Assembly (NCBI GenBank): GCA_035353855.1
Contig: DAOQAK010000002.1
Coordinates: 10,967 to 74,966 of the forward strand
Source of the DNA: Bacteroidales bacterium
GTDB taxonomy: Bacteria > Bacteroidota > Bacteroidia > Bacteroidales > CG2-30-32-10
Length of the DNA stretch: 64,000 nt
Direction: 5' to 3'
Shown: positions 29,570-39,024 of the stretch, one piece after another
Layout of the letters: every line of letters starts with the position of its first letter
How positions within the stretch are numbered: position 1 is the stretch's first letter
Position numbers and translations under genes: made by a program
Notes under the pieces: model-generated
The model's input: the letters and a program-made list of their open reading frames with translations, nothing else
Database searches by the model: none
Told to the model about the DNA's origin: nothing

Positions 29570-32464
29570 ATGAAAAAACTATTTGTTTTAATATATTGTT
29601 TTGCATTTGCATTATATATAAATGAAAGCAAGGCACAATGTGTAAATGCCGATTTTTCACTAGGTGATTTTACAAACTGGACAGGTTCAACTGGAGAAAA
29701 TATTTCTGGAGTATATAGTAATTTAGTAGCTGGCATTGTTGCAGGTACAATAAATTCTCTTCCATCAACTCCGGGAAGACAAACAATTATAAATGCTCCA
29801 GGAACAGATCCGAATACTCAAAATCTTTTAAGTGTTTTACCTCCTGCATGGTATTCTTGTCGTTTAGGGAACGATTTATGTTCACAATGTGTTGGAGGAA
29901 ATCCGCAGGTGGAAAGATTGCAATATACTTATAATGTAAATTCATCAAACAGTATTTTTACATATCAATATGCTTTGGTTTTTCAGTTACCTTCCGATTT
30001 GAACCATGACAGTACAGGTATGCCAAAATTTACTGTTGAAGTTTTGAATCAATCAGGAAATTTGATTGATTCCGTTTGCGGGCATTATGAAATTTCAGCT
30101 GCTGGAACACTTCAGGGATTTCAGAAATGTAAATCGCTTTCAACAGTTTGCTCTCCTAACGATAGTGTTGCATGGAAAGACTGGACAATGCAAAGTTTTG
30201 ATTTATCAGATTATATTAATCAAAATGTAACTATACAGTTTACAACATATGATTGTGCTCAGGGAGAGCATTTTGGTTATGCATACATTTCCTGCTATTG
30301 TGGTTCATTAGAATTAGTACAACAAAATTGCGGTTCTTCTGATATTGTTACCGCTCCTGCTGGATTTACCAATTATATCTGGTCATACGAAGGAACAACT
30401 ATTAATACTGTGACAAATACGATAACATTAGATTCTGTAGTAAATGGAACTATTATTTCTTGTGAAATGATTCCGGTAACAGGACTATTATGTACAGATA
30501 CACTTTCTCTCATTTTAATTATAGATAATCCAATTATTACATTTACTCCGTCTGCGCCAATAATTTGTTTAGGAGAATCGGTAACAATCAACGCATCAGG
30601 AGGAGGTGCTTATGTATGGAGTACAGGTGTTTCGGGATTATCCATAACAGTAAGCCCTGCAAGCAATACTATTTATACTGTTACGACTACTACCCCTTTA
30701 GGTTGCACCAGCTCTGCTGATATTATTGTAATAGTAAATCCGTTACCATCTGGTGTTATTTCTTCAACACCGGCAAATTGTGGGATTAATAATGGGACAA
30801 TTACAATAACTCCAAATGTTGGAACAGCGCCATTTACATATACATGGAGTACAAATCCAACTCAAACAACACAAACTGCAGCAGGACTTGTTAACGGTAT
30901 ATATACTGTAACAATAACAGATGCAAATGGTTGTTCTTCTTCTATATCTGGCGTGGTTTATGGAATTTCGCAACAAGAAATGCAGCTTACTTGTAGTGTA
31001 GATTCTGTTTCCTGTTTTGGCGGAAATGATGGAAGCATTGCTGTTACCGCATGTGGAGGAACACTCCCATATACATATCAATGGAATACGGTTCCAGTAC
31101 AAACCACTTCTATTGCTGATAATCTGCCTGCGGGTATATATACTGTAACAGTTACTGATTTTAATGATTCTACAAAAACTGCAACAATTAATCTTTTTCA
31201 ACCTTCCCAATTACAGCTTACGGTTAGTGCTGATTCTGTTACATGTTATGGGCAAAGTGATGGAAGTGCTACTGTTGTTGTTAATGGAGGGACTCCTCCT
31301 TATAATTTTATATGGAACACATCTCCACCACAAATAGCAACAACTGCAACCGGGGTATCTGCGGGATCATATACAGTTACAGTAACTGATAATAATGGAT
31401 GTATGGCAAATGCAACTGTTGTTGTTTGTCAACCAACAATGCTTTACGTTTCTCTTATTAGTGAAAATGTGCAATGCGATAGTGTATGCAATGGTATAGT
31501 AAATGCTATAGTTGCAGGTGGAACTCCTCCTTATAATTATAATTGGAGTAATAGTGTTTCAAGTGCGAGTATTGCAGGTTTATGTCCGGGTTCGTACACC
31601 ATTACAGTTACTGATGCTAATGGTTGTTCCTATGTTGATAGCACTACCGTTGGTACAAGTAATCATGTAGAAGCAAGCTTTTATGCAACACCTGCATCGG
31701 GAAATATTCCACTTAATGTAAGTTTTTATTTTATGGGTTCTGTGTCATCATCTAATACTTATTATTGGGATTTTGGTGACGGTAACACTTCAAATATCGC
31801 AAATCCTTCGCACACCTATACTGTTGCTGACAATTATAAAGTTGAACTTACTGTAAGCAACGGGAATTGCTCATCAACCTATCATATTTTTATTGATGCT
31901 GGGAATACAAGCTGTTATGCCATGTATAGCATTTATCCTGATACAGCTACTTTGCATCATTACTATATTGTTAATATGACGAATGGTGTTCAACCAATAA
32001 AATATTTATGGAGTTGGGGTGATGGAACACATGATACTATTCCTTATCCAAGTCATACATACAATGCAGCCGGAAATTATCTTATATGTCTTGCTATTAC
32101 TGACTCTAATGGATGTACCAGCACTTATTGCGATTCATCAATAATTAATAAATCTATTAATACTATAATTTCTGTTGATGTCATTCCTTCAGATAATTCG
32201 GGAATAATAGAACACGAGATATTTGATACGTTTAATATATTTCCTAATCCCGCAAAAGATAAAATTGAAATATTATTGTCTGAGAATTTAATTTTAAGAA
32301 ATAATAAAATAGAAATATATGATGTTGTAGGCAATTTGACATTGTGCAAAAGACTAGAAGGGAAAAATACAATAATTAATATAGCTAATTTAACTAAAGG
32401 TTTGTACTATGTAAAACTAAGTAGTGAAAAAGGAATTATAGTTAAGAAATTTATTAAAGAGTAA
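29570..32464 (+). CDS. T9SS-secreted surface protein with SprB-type repeats, PKD domains and type A CTD
   Basis: Repeats GGTxPYxYxW...GxYTVTVTDxNGC; WDFGDG/WSWGDG PKD motifs; IFPNP...KKFIKE. Confidence 0.85.
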   Translation: MKKLFVLIYCFAFALYINESKAQCVNADFSLGDFTNWTGSTGENISGVYSNLVAGIVAGTINSLPSTPGRQTIINAPGTDPNTQNLLSVLPPAWYSCRLGNDLCSQCVGGNPQVERLQYTYNVNSSNSIFTYQYALVFQLPSDLNHDSTGMPKFTVEVLNQSGNLIDSVCGHYEISAAGTLQGFQKCKSLSTVCSPNDSVAWKDWTMQSFDLSDYINQNVTIQFTTYDCAQGEHFGYAYISCYCGSLELVQQNCGSSDIVTAPAGFTNYIWSYEGTTINTVTNTITLDSVVNGTIISCEMIPVTGLLCTDTLSLILIIDNPIITFTPSAPIICLGESVTINASGGGAYVWSTGVSGLSITVSPASNTIYTVTTTTPLGCTSSADIIVIVNPLPSGVISSTPANCGINNGTITITPNVGTAPFTYTWSTNPTQTTQTAAGLVNGIYTVTITDANGCSSSISGVVYGISQQEMQLTCSVDSVSCFGGNDGSIAVTACGGTLPYTYQWNTVPVQTTSIADNLPAGIYTVTVTDFNDSTKTATINLFQPSQLQLTVSADSVTCYGQSDGSATVVVNGGTPPYNFIWNTSPPQIATTATGVSAGSYTVTVTDNNGCMANATVVVCQPTMLYVSLISENVQCDSVCNGIVNAIVAGGTPPYNYNWSNSVSSASIAGLCPGSYTITVTDANGCSYVDSTTVGTSNHVEASFYATPASGNIPLNVSFYFMGSVSSSNTYYWDFGDGNTSNIANPSHTYTVADNYKVELTVSNGNCSSTYHIFIDAGNTSCYAMYSIYPDTATLHHYYIVNMTNGVQPIKYLWSWGDGTHDTIPYPSHTYNAAGNYLICLAITDSNGCTSTYCDSSIINKSINTIISVDVIPSDNSGIIEHEIFDTFNIFPNPAKDKIEILLSENLILRNNKIEIYDVVGNLTLCKRLEGKNTIINIANLTKGLYYVKLSSEKGIIVKKFIKE

Positions 32465-32479
32465 ATAAATGTTTTTACT

Positions 32480-32513
32480 AAGCGGGCTGCTCAAGAGCAG
32501 CCCGCTTTTTTTT
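32480..32513 (+). terminator. Intrinsic terminator
   Basis: AAGCGGGCTGCTC-aa-GAGCAGCCCGCTT then a T run. Confidence 0.85.
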
Positions 32514-32557
32514 GTGATATCATAATTTATTGATTTTTTCGTTCTATATTTGCCATT

Positions 32558-34378
32558 ATGAAAAATATCATGCGCATATTTCGTTATGTAAAGTCTTACT
32601 GGGGTTCGGCTTCATTGAATATTACTTTTAATATTTTGTCCGTTTTATTTTCGTTGGTTTCATTGGCAATGGTAATCCCTATTCTGCGTTTGCTTTTTGG
32701 AATACAGAAATTGGTTTTAATAAAACCCGAATTTCATTTCAGCACTGATGGTATCATAAATACATTTAATTATTATGTTAGCCAGATTATTGTTAATTAT
32801 GGAAAAGAACAGGCATTGATATTTATTTGTATCCTGGTAATCATTTTATTTTTTCTTAAAAATTTATTTCGCTACATGGGTATGTACTACCTGGCAACAG
32901 TACGAAACGGAGTAGTGAAAGATTTGCGTAACGACCTTTACCAGAAAGTTCTTATTCTTCCACTATCATATTATTCCGAACAAAAAAAAGGTGATATTAT
33001 AGCCCGCATGACCAGCGATGTTCAGGAAGTGGAATGGTCGATCATGAGTTCACTCGAAATGATTTTTCGTGACCCTTTAAACATTGTGGTTTTTTTGGTA
33101 ACGCTGATGATAATGAGTCCGCAGCTTACGATATTTGTTTTGATCCTTTTGCCTTTAACAGCTTTTTTGATAAGCAAAATTGGAAAAAGTTTAAAAAGAA
33201 GTTCTGATAAAGTTCAGAATAAAATGGGAATTATTTTATCGGTAATTGAAGAAACTCTTTCGGGGCTTAGAATTATCAAGGCTTTCAATGCTATTGATTA
33301 TTCAGGAAAAAAATTCAAAAAAATGAATGATGGCTACACCAAAATAATGACAAGGGTTTATAGGAAACGCGATCTTGCAAATCCGTTGAGTGAATTTTTA
33401 GGAGTATTGGTAGGAGTAATTATAATTTGGTTCGGAGGAAAATTTGTTCTTAGCAACAACAGCAGCGTATCTCCCGAAGTTTTTATTGCGTATGTAATTA
33501 TTTTTTCACAGATAATTCCACCGGTGAAATCGTTTGTTACAGCATTTTATAATATTCAGAAAGGTGCAGCCAGTGCCGATCGTATTAAACAGGTTTTAGA
33601 TGCAGAAGAGGTTATTGAAGAAAAATCCAATGCAAAAAAAGTAAAAGAATTTCAGAAAAATATTTCATACAATAATGTTTCATTCACTTACGAAAAAGAA
33701 GAAGTGCTAACGAATGTAAACCTTGTTATTGAAAAAGGAAAAACCATTGCACTTGTAGGACCCAGTGGTGGCGGCAAATCCACGATGGTTGATTTATTAC
33801 CGCGTTTTTACGATTGTACAAAAGGTGAAATATGCATTGACGGTGTTCCGATAAAAGATTATGTGATTTCTGATTTGCGAGGATTGATGGGAATTGTAAC
33901 GCAGGAGTCGATTTTATTTAATGATACGGTTTTCAATAATATTGCATTTGGGCTCGAAAATGTTGATAAGGAAAAAGTGATCGAAGCGGCTCGGATTGCT
34001 AATGCGCATGAGTTCATCATGGAACTGGAAAACGGTTATGAAACAAATATAGGAGATCGCGGTATTAAGCTTTCGGGAGGACAACGACAACGATTAAGCA
34101 TTGCACGGGCAGTTTTGAAAAATCCCCCGATTTTAATTCTTGATGAAGCAACATCTTCACTCGATACCGAGTCGGAACGATTGGTGCAAGAGGCTTTGGA
34201 AAAATTAATGAAAAACCGGACATCAGTTGTAATCGCACATCGTTTGTCAACCATACAACATGCCGATGAAATAATTGTTTTACAAAAAGGAGAAATTGTT
34301 GAACGTGGCAAACATGCAGATTTGCTTGAGATAAACGGGATTTATAAAAAACTTTGCGATTTACAATCATTCAATTAA
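32558..34378 (+). CDS. MsbA-like ABC exporter (TMD+NBD)
   Basis: GPSGGGKST, LSGGQRQR, ILDEATSSLD, IAHRLSTI; N-terminal TM domain. Confidence 0.9.
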   Translation: MKNIMRIFRYVKSYWGSASLNITFNILSVLFSLVSLAMVIPILRLLFGIQKLVLIKPEFHFSTDGIINTFNYYVSQIIVNYGKEQALIFICILVIILFFLKNLFRYMGMYYLATVRNGVVKDLRNDLYQKVLILPLSYYSEQKKGDIIARMTSDVQEVEWSIMSSLEMIFRDPLNIVVFLVTLMIMSPQLTIFVLILLPLTAFLISKIGKSLKRSSDKVQNKMGIILSVIEETLSGLRIIKAFNAIDYSGKKFKKMNDGYTKIMTRVYRKRDLANPLSEFLGVLVGVIIIWFGGKFVLSNNSSVSPEVFIAYVIIFSQIIPPVKSFVTAFYNIQKGAASADRIKQVLDAEEVIEEKSNAKKVKEFQKNISYNNVSFTYEKEEVLTNVNLVIEKGKTIALVGPSGGGKSTMVDLLPRFYDCTKGEICIDGVPIKDYVISDLRGLMGIVTQESILFNDTVFNNIAFGLENVDKEKVIEAARIANAHEFIMELENGYETNIGDRGIKLSGGQRQRLSIARAVLKNPPILILDEATSSLDTESERLVQEALEKLMKNRTSVVIAHRLSTIQHADEIIVLQKGEIVERGKHADLLEINGIYKKLCDLQSFN

Positions 34379-34379
34379 T

Positions 34380-37300
34380 ATGAACTTTTTTGGCAAATTG
34401 AAATCGCCAGATTCTCATCTATCAAGACTTTTCAAAAAGTTTTCGTTTTTATTTTATCTCTTTGTTTTTTCCGTTCCAGTTTTTTCACAGCAATATAATT
34501 TTAAAAATTATACTGTAAAAGATGGCCTTCCCAGCAACGAGGTTTACCAGGTTATCCAGGATTCCAAAGGCTACATGTGGTTTGCTACCGATTATGGTGT
34601 AAGTTGTTTCGATGGGTATAAATTTAAAAACTTTAATACAAAAGATGGCTTGCCTGATAATACTATTTTTGAAATTTATGAAGATTACAAAGGTCGCATT
34701 TGGTTTATATCACGTTCAGCTAAGCTTTCTTATTTTTATAATGATAGCATTCATTTGTATTGGAATAATGATAAGTTTTTAAAGTATATTGGAGATGTGC
34801 CTAATATTATAAATAAAACATTTAGTGTTGATGAACAGGATAATGTTTGTATTGGAATATATACAAAGGGCATTTTTAAAATAAGTAAGACAGGAAGGGT
34901 ATATAGAAAAAATTCATACAATTTGAATATTTATACTTATGTTTTTAATATTGAAAAAAATATAGTCTATTTAGATTATCCCGATACTACAAAATCTTAT
35001 AAATATGATAAAGGAATTGTTGCTTTTATAAAAGAAAACAATAAATTTTATAAAATCAAATTAGATGAAAAAAATGTGTTAGTAAATGTGATGCCAATCT
35101 TATGTATTAGAGGAAATACAGGAAATATATACTTTTCAATTAATAGTATAATACATTGTATGAACAAAATTCCCGAATATATATATTATACTTTTCAAAA
35201 CAACAAAATAATTTCTCTATATATTGATATAGAGAACAATTTATGGGTTGGTACCCAATTTGGAGGTTTTTATTCTTTTAAAGATGGTGATATAACTAAA
35301 GAACCAGAATTACACTTGTTAAAAGATAAAGCAGGGACAAGCATATTACGTGATAAAGAAGGAGGTTATTGGGTTACTACAATTTATGATGGTATTTACT
35401 ATTTCCCTTCTATAAAGTATAAAACTTATAATTCAACAAATGGTTTAGCCGAAGATGCGCAAAATATTTTAGAAACTGATGGCAAATCTATTTATAGCGC
35501 CACATTATTAAGTCCATATATAAATAAAATTGCAGAAAGGAAAATAAAAAAGATTAATTTTTTTAATGACTCCAATAAATCAATAACATCAATATTTTAT
35601 GATACAGCAAATAAAACATTATGGATAGGAACGAGAAAATATTTATACCTGTTAAAAGATAAAAAAATTAAAGAATTTAATAGATATTTCTATATGCCTG
35701 GTCATTATTTTCCCGGATGTTCTTTTGTTAGTGGAGAGATAAATGAAATTGCACAAACAAAAAACAAGAAAATATGGTATGGTACAATAAATGGATTATG
35801 TAATGTAAATAAAGATACAGTATATACATATAAACCCCCAAAATCATTTTTACGCACCTATAGTTTACTTGAAGATAAAGAAAATACCTTTTGGATTGGA
35901 AGCAATGATGGGTTATACAAATTTGAAAATGGGAATTATAAATATTACGGAAATAAAAATCCACTACTAAAAAATAGAATCACATCAATAAAAAGAATTG
36001 ATATAGATAGTTGTATATTGATTGCTACCAAGGGAGCAGGAATATTGGTAATGAAAGGTAATAATGTATTACAAATAAGTGAAAAAGATGGGCTCCTCAG
36101 TAATCATATCAAACATTTATTTATTGATAAAAATGTGATTTGGGCGTCAAGTAATAATGGATTAAATAAAATAACGATATCTAATAAAAATACTTTTTCA
36201 TTTAAAATAGAAAACTTTACACAAGAAGATGGCTTGATCTCCAGCGAAATCAATAGTGTATTGGTATTGCGAGATTCAGTATATGTAGCAACAAAAAACG
36301 GGTTGTGTATATTTAATAAAAACGAAGTTCACACCAATACCACACCACCACCTGTTTATATAACAGGTATAAAAATAATGAACGATGATACACTAGTTCA
36401 ATCGACATATACGTTACCATATGATAAGAATTTCATAGAAATCAATTTTGTAGGTTTGACATATAGAACAGCAGGAAATGTAGTATATAAATATAGATTA
36501 TCAGGAGCCAATGAAGAATGGGTGTATACTAAAACCCCAACAATTTTTTATCCTATGTTGCCTGATGGTAAATATAAATTTGAAGTTTATGCCATGAATA
36601 AAGATGGAGTTTATAGCACTAACCCCGCCACAGTAGAATTTATAATACGTCCACCTTTTTGGAAAACCTGGTGGTTCATAGGTTTATGCGTTTTATTTAT
36701 TGCTGTTGTTATACGTATGATTTTTTATTTCAGGGTAAAAGCTATAAAAAAGACCAATGAATTGAAAATGCAATTGAATAAATACATGCAACAGGCTTTG
36801 AGCCAGCAGATGAACCCGCATTTTATTTTTAATTCATTAAACTCAATTCAATACTACATTTTAAAAAATGATAAGACTACTTCAAATAGATACCTTGCAA
36901 AATTTTCACGATTAATGCGAATGATATTAAATAATTCGCAACATCAACAAATCACTATACAGGAAGAACTGGAAGCATTAAGTATTTACATTGAATTGGA
37001 GTCATTAAGGTTTAAGGACAAATTTGAATATACGATCATAGTGGATGAAAAACTGGATACCAGCATATATAAAATTCCACCATTACTTTTACAACCTTAT
37101 ATTGAAAATGCGATATGGCATGGGTTGATGCATAAAGAAGAAGGGCAAGGGGTATTAACGATAGAATTAAAGATGAAGGAAAATATAATATTGTGTACCA
37201 TAACAGATAATGGAGTAGGTAGGGATAAAGCAGCGGAAATAAAAAGTAAAAAAACCCACACATATGCGTCTCACGGAACAAAAATTACAGGCAACAGGTT

Positions 37301-37418
37301 AAAATTGATAAGTACCTTAAACAATATTCAGATGCAAATAAATTACATAGATTTAAAAGATGATAAGGGAAAAGTCACTGGAACAAAAGTGGAAATTACG
37401 ATTCCTTTGATAAAATAA
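34380..37418 (+). CDS. LytS-type sensor kinase with periplasmic beta-propeller (Reg_prop) and Y_Y_Y domains
   Basis: DGLPSNEV...DSKGYMWFAT propeller repeats, PPFWKTWWF TM, QMNPHFIFNSLN, QPYIENAIWHG. Confidence 0.9.
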   Translation: MNFFGKLKSPDSHLSRLFKKFSFLFYLFVFSVPVFSQQYNFKNYTVKDGLPSNEVYQVIQDSKGYMWFATDYGVSCFDGYKFKNFNTKDGLPDNTIFEIYEDYKGRIWFISRSAKLSYFYNDSIHLYWNNDKFLKYIGDVPNIINKTFSVDEQDNVCIGIYTKGIFKISKTGRVYRKNSYNLNIYTYVFNIEKNIVYLDYPDTTKSYKYDKGIVAFIKENNKFYKIKLDEKNVLVNVMPILCIRGNTGNIYFSINSIIHCMNKIPEYIYYTFQNNKIISLYIDIENNLWVGTQFGGFYSFKDGDITKEPELHLLKDKAGTSILRDKEGGYWVTTIYDGIYYFPSIKYKTYNSTNGLAEDAQNILETDGKSIYSATLLSPYINKIAERKIKKINFFNDSNKSITSIFYDTANKTLWIGTRKYLYLLKDKKIKEFNRYFYMPGHYFPGCSFVSGEINEIAQTKNKKIWYGTINGLCNVNKDTVYTYKPPKSFLRTYSLLEDKENTFWIGSNDGLYKFENGNYKYYGNKNPLLKNRITSIKRIDIDSCILIATKGAGILVMKGNNVLQISEKDGLLSNHIKHLFIDKNVIWASSNNGLNKITISNKNTFSFKIENFTQEDGLISSEINSVLVLRDSVYVATKNGLCIFNKNEVHTNTTPPPVYITGIKIMNDDTLVQSTYTLPYDKNFIEINFVGLTYRTAGNVVYKYRLSGANEEWVYTKTPTIFYPMLPDGKYKFEVYAMNKDGVYSTNPATVEFIIRPPFWKTWWFIGLCVLFIAVVIRMIFYFRVKAIKKTNELKMQLNKYMQQALSQQMNPHFIFNSLNSIQYYILKNDKTTSNRYLAKFSRLMRMILNNSQHQQITIQEELEALSIYIELESLRFKDKFEYTIIVDEKLDTSIYKIPPLLLQPYIENAIWHGLMHKEEGQGVLTIELKMKENIILCTITDNGVGRDKAAEIKSKKTHTYASHGTKITGNRLKLISTLNNIQMQINYIDLKDDKGKVTGTKVEITIPLIK

Positions 37419-37484
37419 ATTTTCTTTATAAATATTTTATACATTTGTCTGCATTAAATATGTATTAACTGCAAATAAATACAA

Positions 37485-38231
37485 ATGAATATAGTAATTG
37501 TTGACGACGAAAAAGATGCTGTACATTCGCTGGAACTGATGTTGAACGAATATTGTTCCGATGTTAATATTGTCGGAAAAGCATTTTCGGTAATAGAAGC
37601 CATTAAAGAAATACAAAATAAAAAACCCGACCTGGTTTTTCTTGATATTGAAATGCCGCATGGTACCGGCTTTGATATCCTTGATAGCATCCCCGACAGA
37701 AAATTTGAAGTAATATTTGTTACAGCATATAATGATTATGCCATTAAAGCAATAAAAGCAATGGCGGCAGACTACATCATGAAACCAATGGATATTGACG
37801 AATTAATATCTGCTGTGGATAAAATAAAAATAAGAATAAAGGAAAAAGATAACGGAAATATAGGTAAGTTTTTACAGATAGGTAATTCTATCAGTCAGCT
37901 TCCTGTAAAAATAGCCATACATACTTTAAGCGGAGTAGAATTTGTTGATACTACAGAGATTGTAAGGATTGAAGCCGCAGGAAGTTATTCAAATGTATTT
38001 ATGAATGGGAATAAAAAAATTGTTAGTTCAAAAAACCTGAAAGAGTTCCAGAATATTTTAAATAATGAATATTTTTTCAGGGCACACAATTCTCATCTTA
38101 TTAATTTGATCATGGTAAAGCGTTTTTTAAAAAACGAAAACATGATTGAAATGAATGACGGTTCCATTATTTCTCTTTCGCGCCGAAACAGGGAGGATTT
38201 TATTAGGCAAATGGAAAAAATGTCAAATTGA
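37485..38231 (+). CDS. LytTR-family response regulator
   Basis: LVFLDIEMP, FVTAY, FFRAHNSHLINL. Confidence 0.93.
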   Translation: MNIVIVDDEKDAVHSLELMLNEYCSDVNIVGKAFSVIEAIKEIQNKKPDLVFLDIEMPHGTGFDILDSIPDRKFEVIFVTAYNDYAIKAIKAMAADYIMKPMDIDELISAVDKIKIRIKEKDNGNIGKFLQIGNSISQLPVKIAIHTLSGVEFVDTTEIVRIEAAGSYSNVFMNGNKKIVSSKNLKEFQNILNNEYFFRAHNSHLINLIMVKRFLKNENMIEMNDGSIISLSRRNREDFIRQMEKMSN

Positions 38232-38256
38232 TATTTTAAATAGAAGTTCAAAAAAT

Positions 38257-38292
38257 AAAAAATCAGGAGGAGAAACACCCTCCTGATTTTTT
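38257..38292 (+). terminator. Intrinsic terminator
   Basis: AAAAAATCAGGAGG-agaaacac-CCTCCTGATTTTTT. Confidence 0.85.
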
Positions 38293-38364
38293 AGGTGTAT
38301 ATCTGGTAAATTCATTCTAAAATATTTCATGTAATTTTACTGAAAATTATTGCAGCATATTATT

Positions 38365-38817
38365 ATGAACCCCAATCATATTTACATTAAAGATTTAGAT
38401 ACAAAAATTATTAAGTTCATTAAGAAGCATCATGTGCTTACACTGGCAACTTCGAATGATAATATTCCGTATTGCTGCAGTTGCTTTTATGTTTACAACG
38501 AAAAAGAAAATTATTTCCTAGTTACATCCGATAAAAACACAAGGCATATTTCCGAAGTGGTTATACAGCCTCATGTATCAGGTGCAATAGCATTGGAAAC
38601 TACCATGATTGGGAAAATACAGGGTATTCAGTTTACGGGAACCATGAAGGAAGTGAAGCAAGAAGAATTCAATATAGAAAAAATTAAGTATATCAAACGT
38701 TTTCCTATTGCTGCATTTGCCGAACTCCTGTTGTGGCGCATTGTTCCCGATTTTATAAAATTTACCGACAACCGTCTTGGGTTAGGAAAAAAAATGATTT
38801 GGCAGAAAAAATTTTAA
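38365..38817 (+). CDS. Pyridoxamine 5'-phosphate oxidase-like (YhbP-type) protein
   Basis: HHVLTLAT, PYCCSCFY, IQGIQFTG, KFTDNRLGLGKK. Confidence 0.8.
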   Translation: MNPNHIYIKDLDTKIIKFIKKHHVLTLATSNDNIPYCCSCFYVYNEKENYFLVTSDKNTRHISEVVIQPHVSGAIALETTMIGKIQGIQFTGTMKEVKQEEFNIEKIKYIKRFPIAAFAELLLWRIVPDFIKFTDNRLGLGKKMIWQKKF

Positions 38818-39024
38818 TCAGTATTTCGATACCGTATAAACATCTTCTTTCATTTCAATTACTTAAACCTTTCGTTGATTAATTGTTAATAAAAAGCTAT
38901 GGCGGCGTAATTAATCTTGTTTATCTTGCATAACCGTTTTTAAACAAGACGGATTTTTTTATCTAATTCCAAAACAACTATTTAAAAAATTATTTAAAAC
39001 TAATATAAAGAATTTTTTTCTATA

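Noticed and set aside
38818-39024. Cobalamin riboswitch or NrdR box upstream of nrdJ
   Set aside because: No conserved B12-box or NrdR consensus is recognisable; the region is short and AT-rich.
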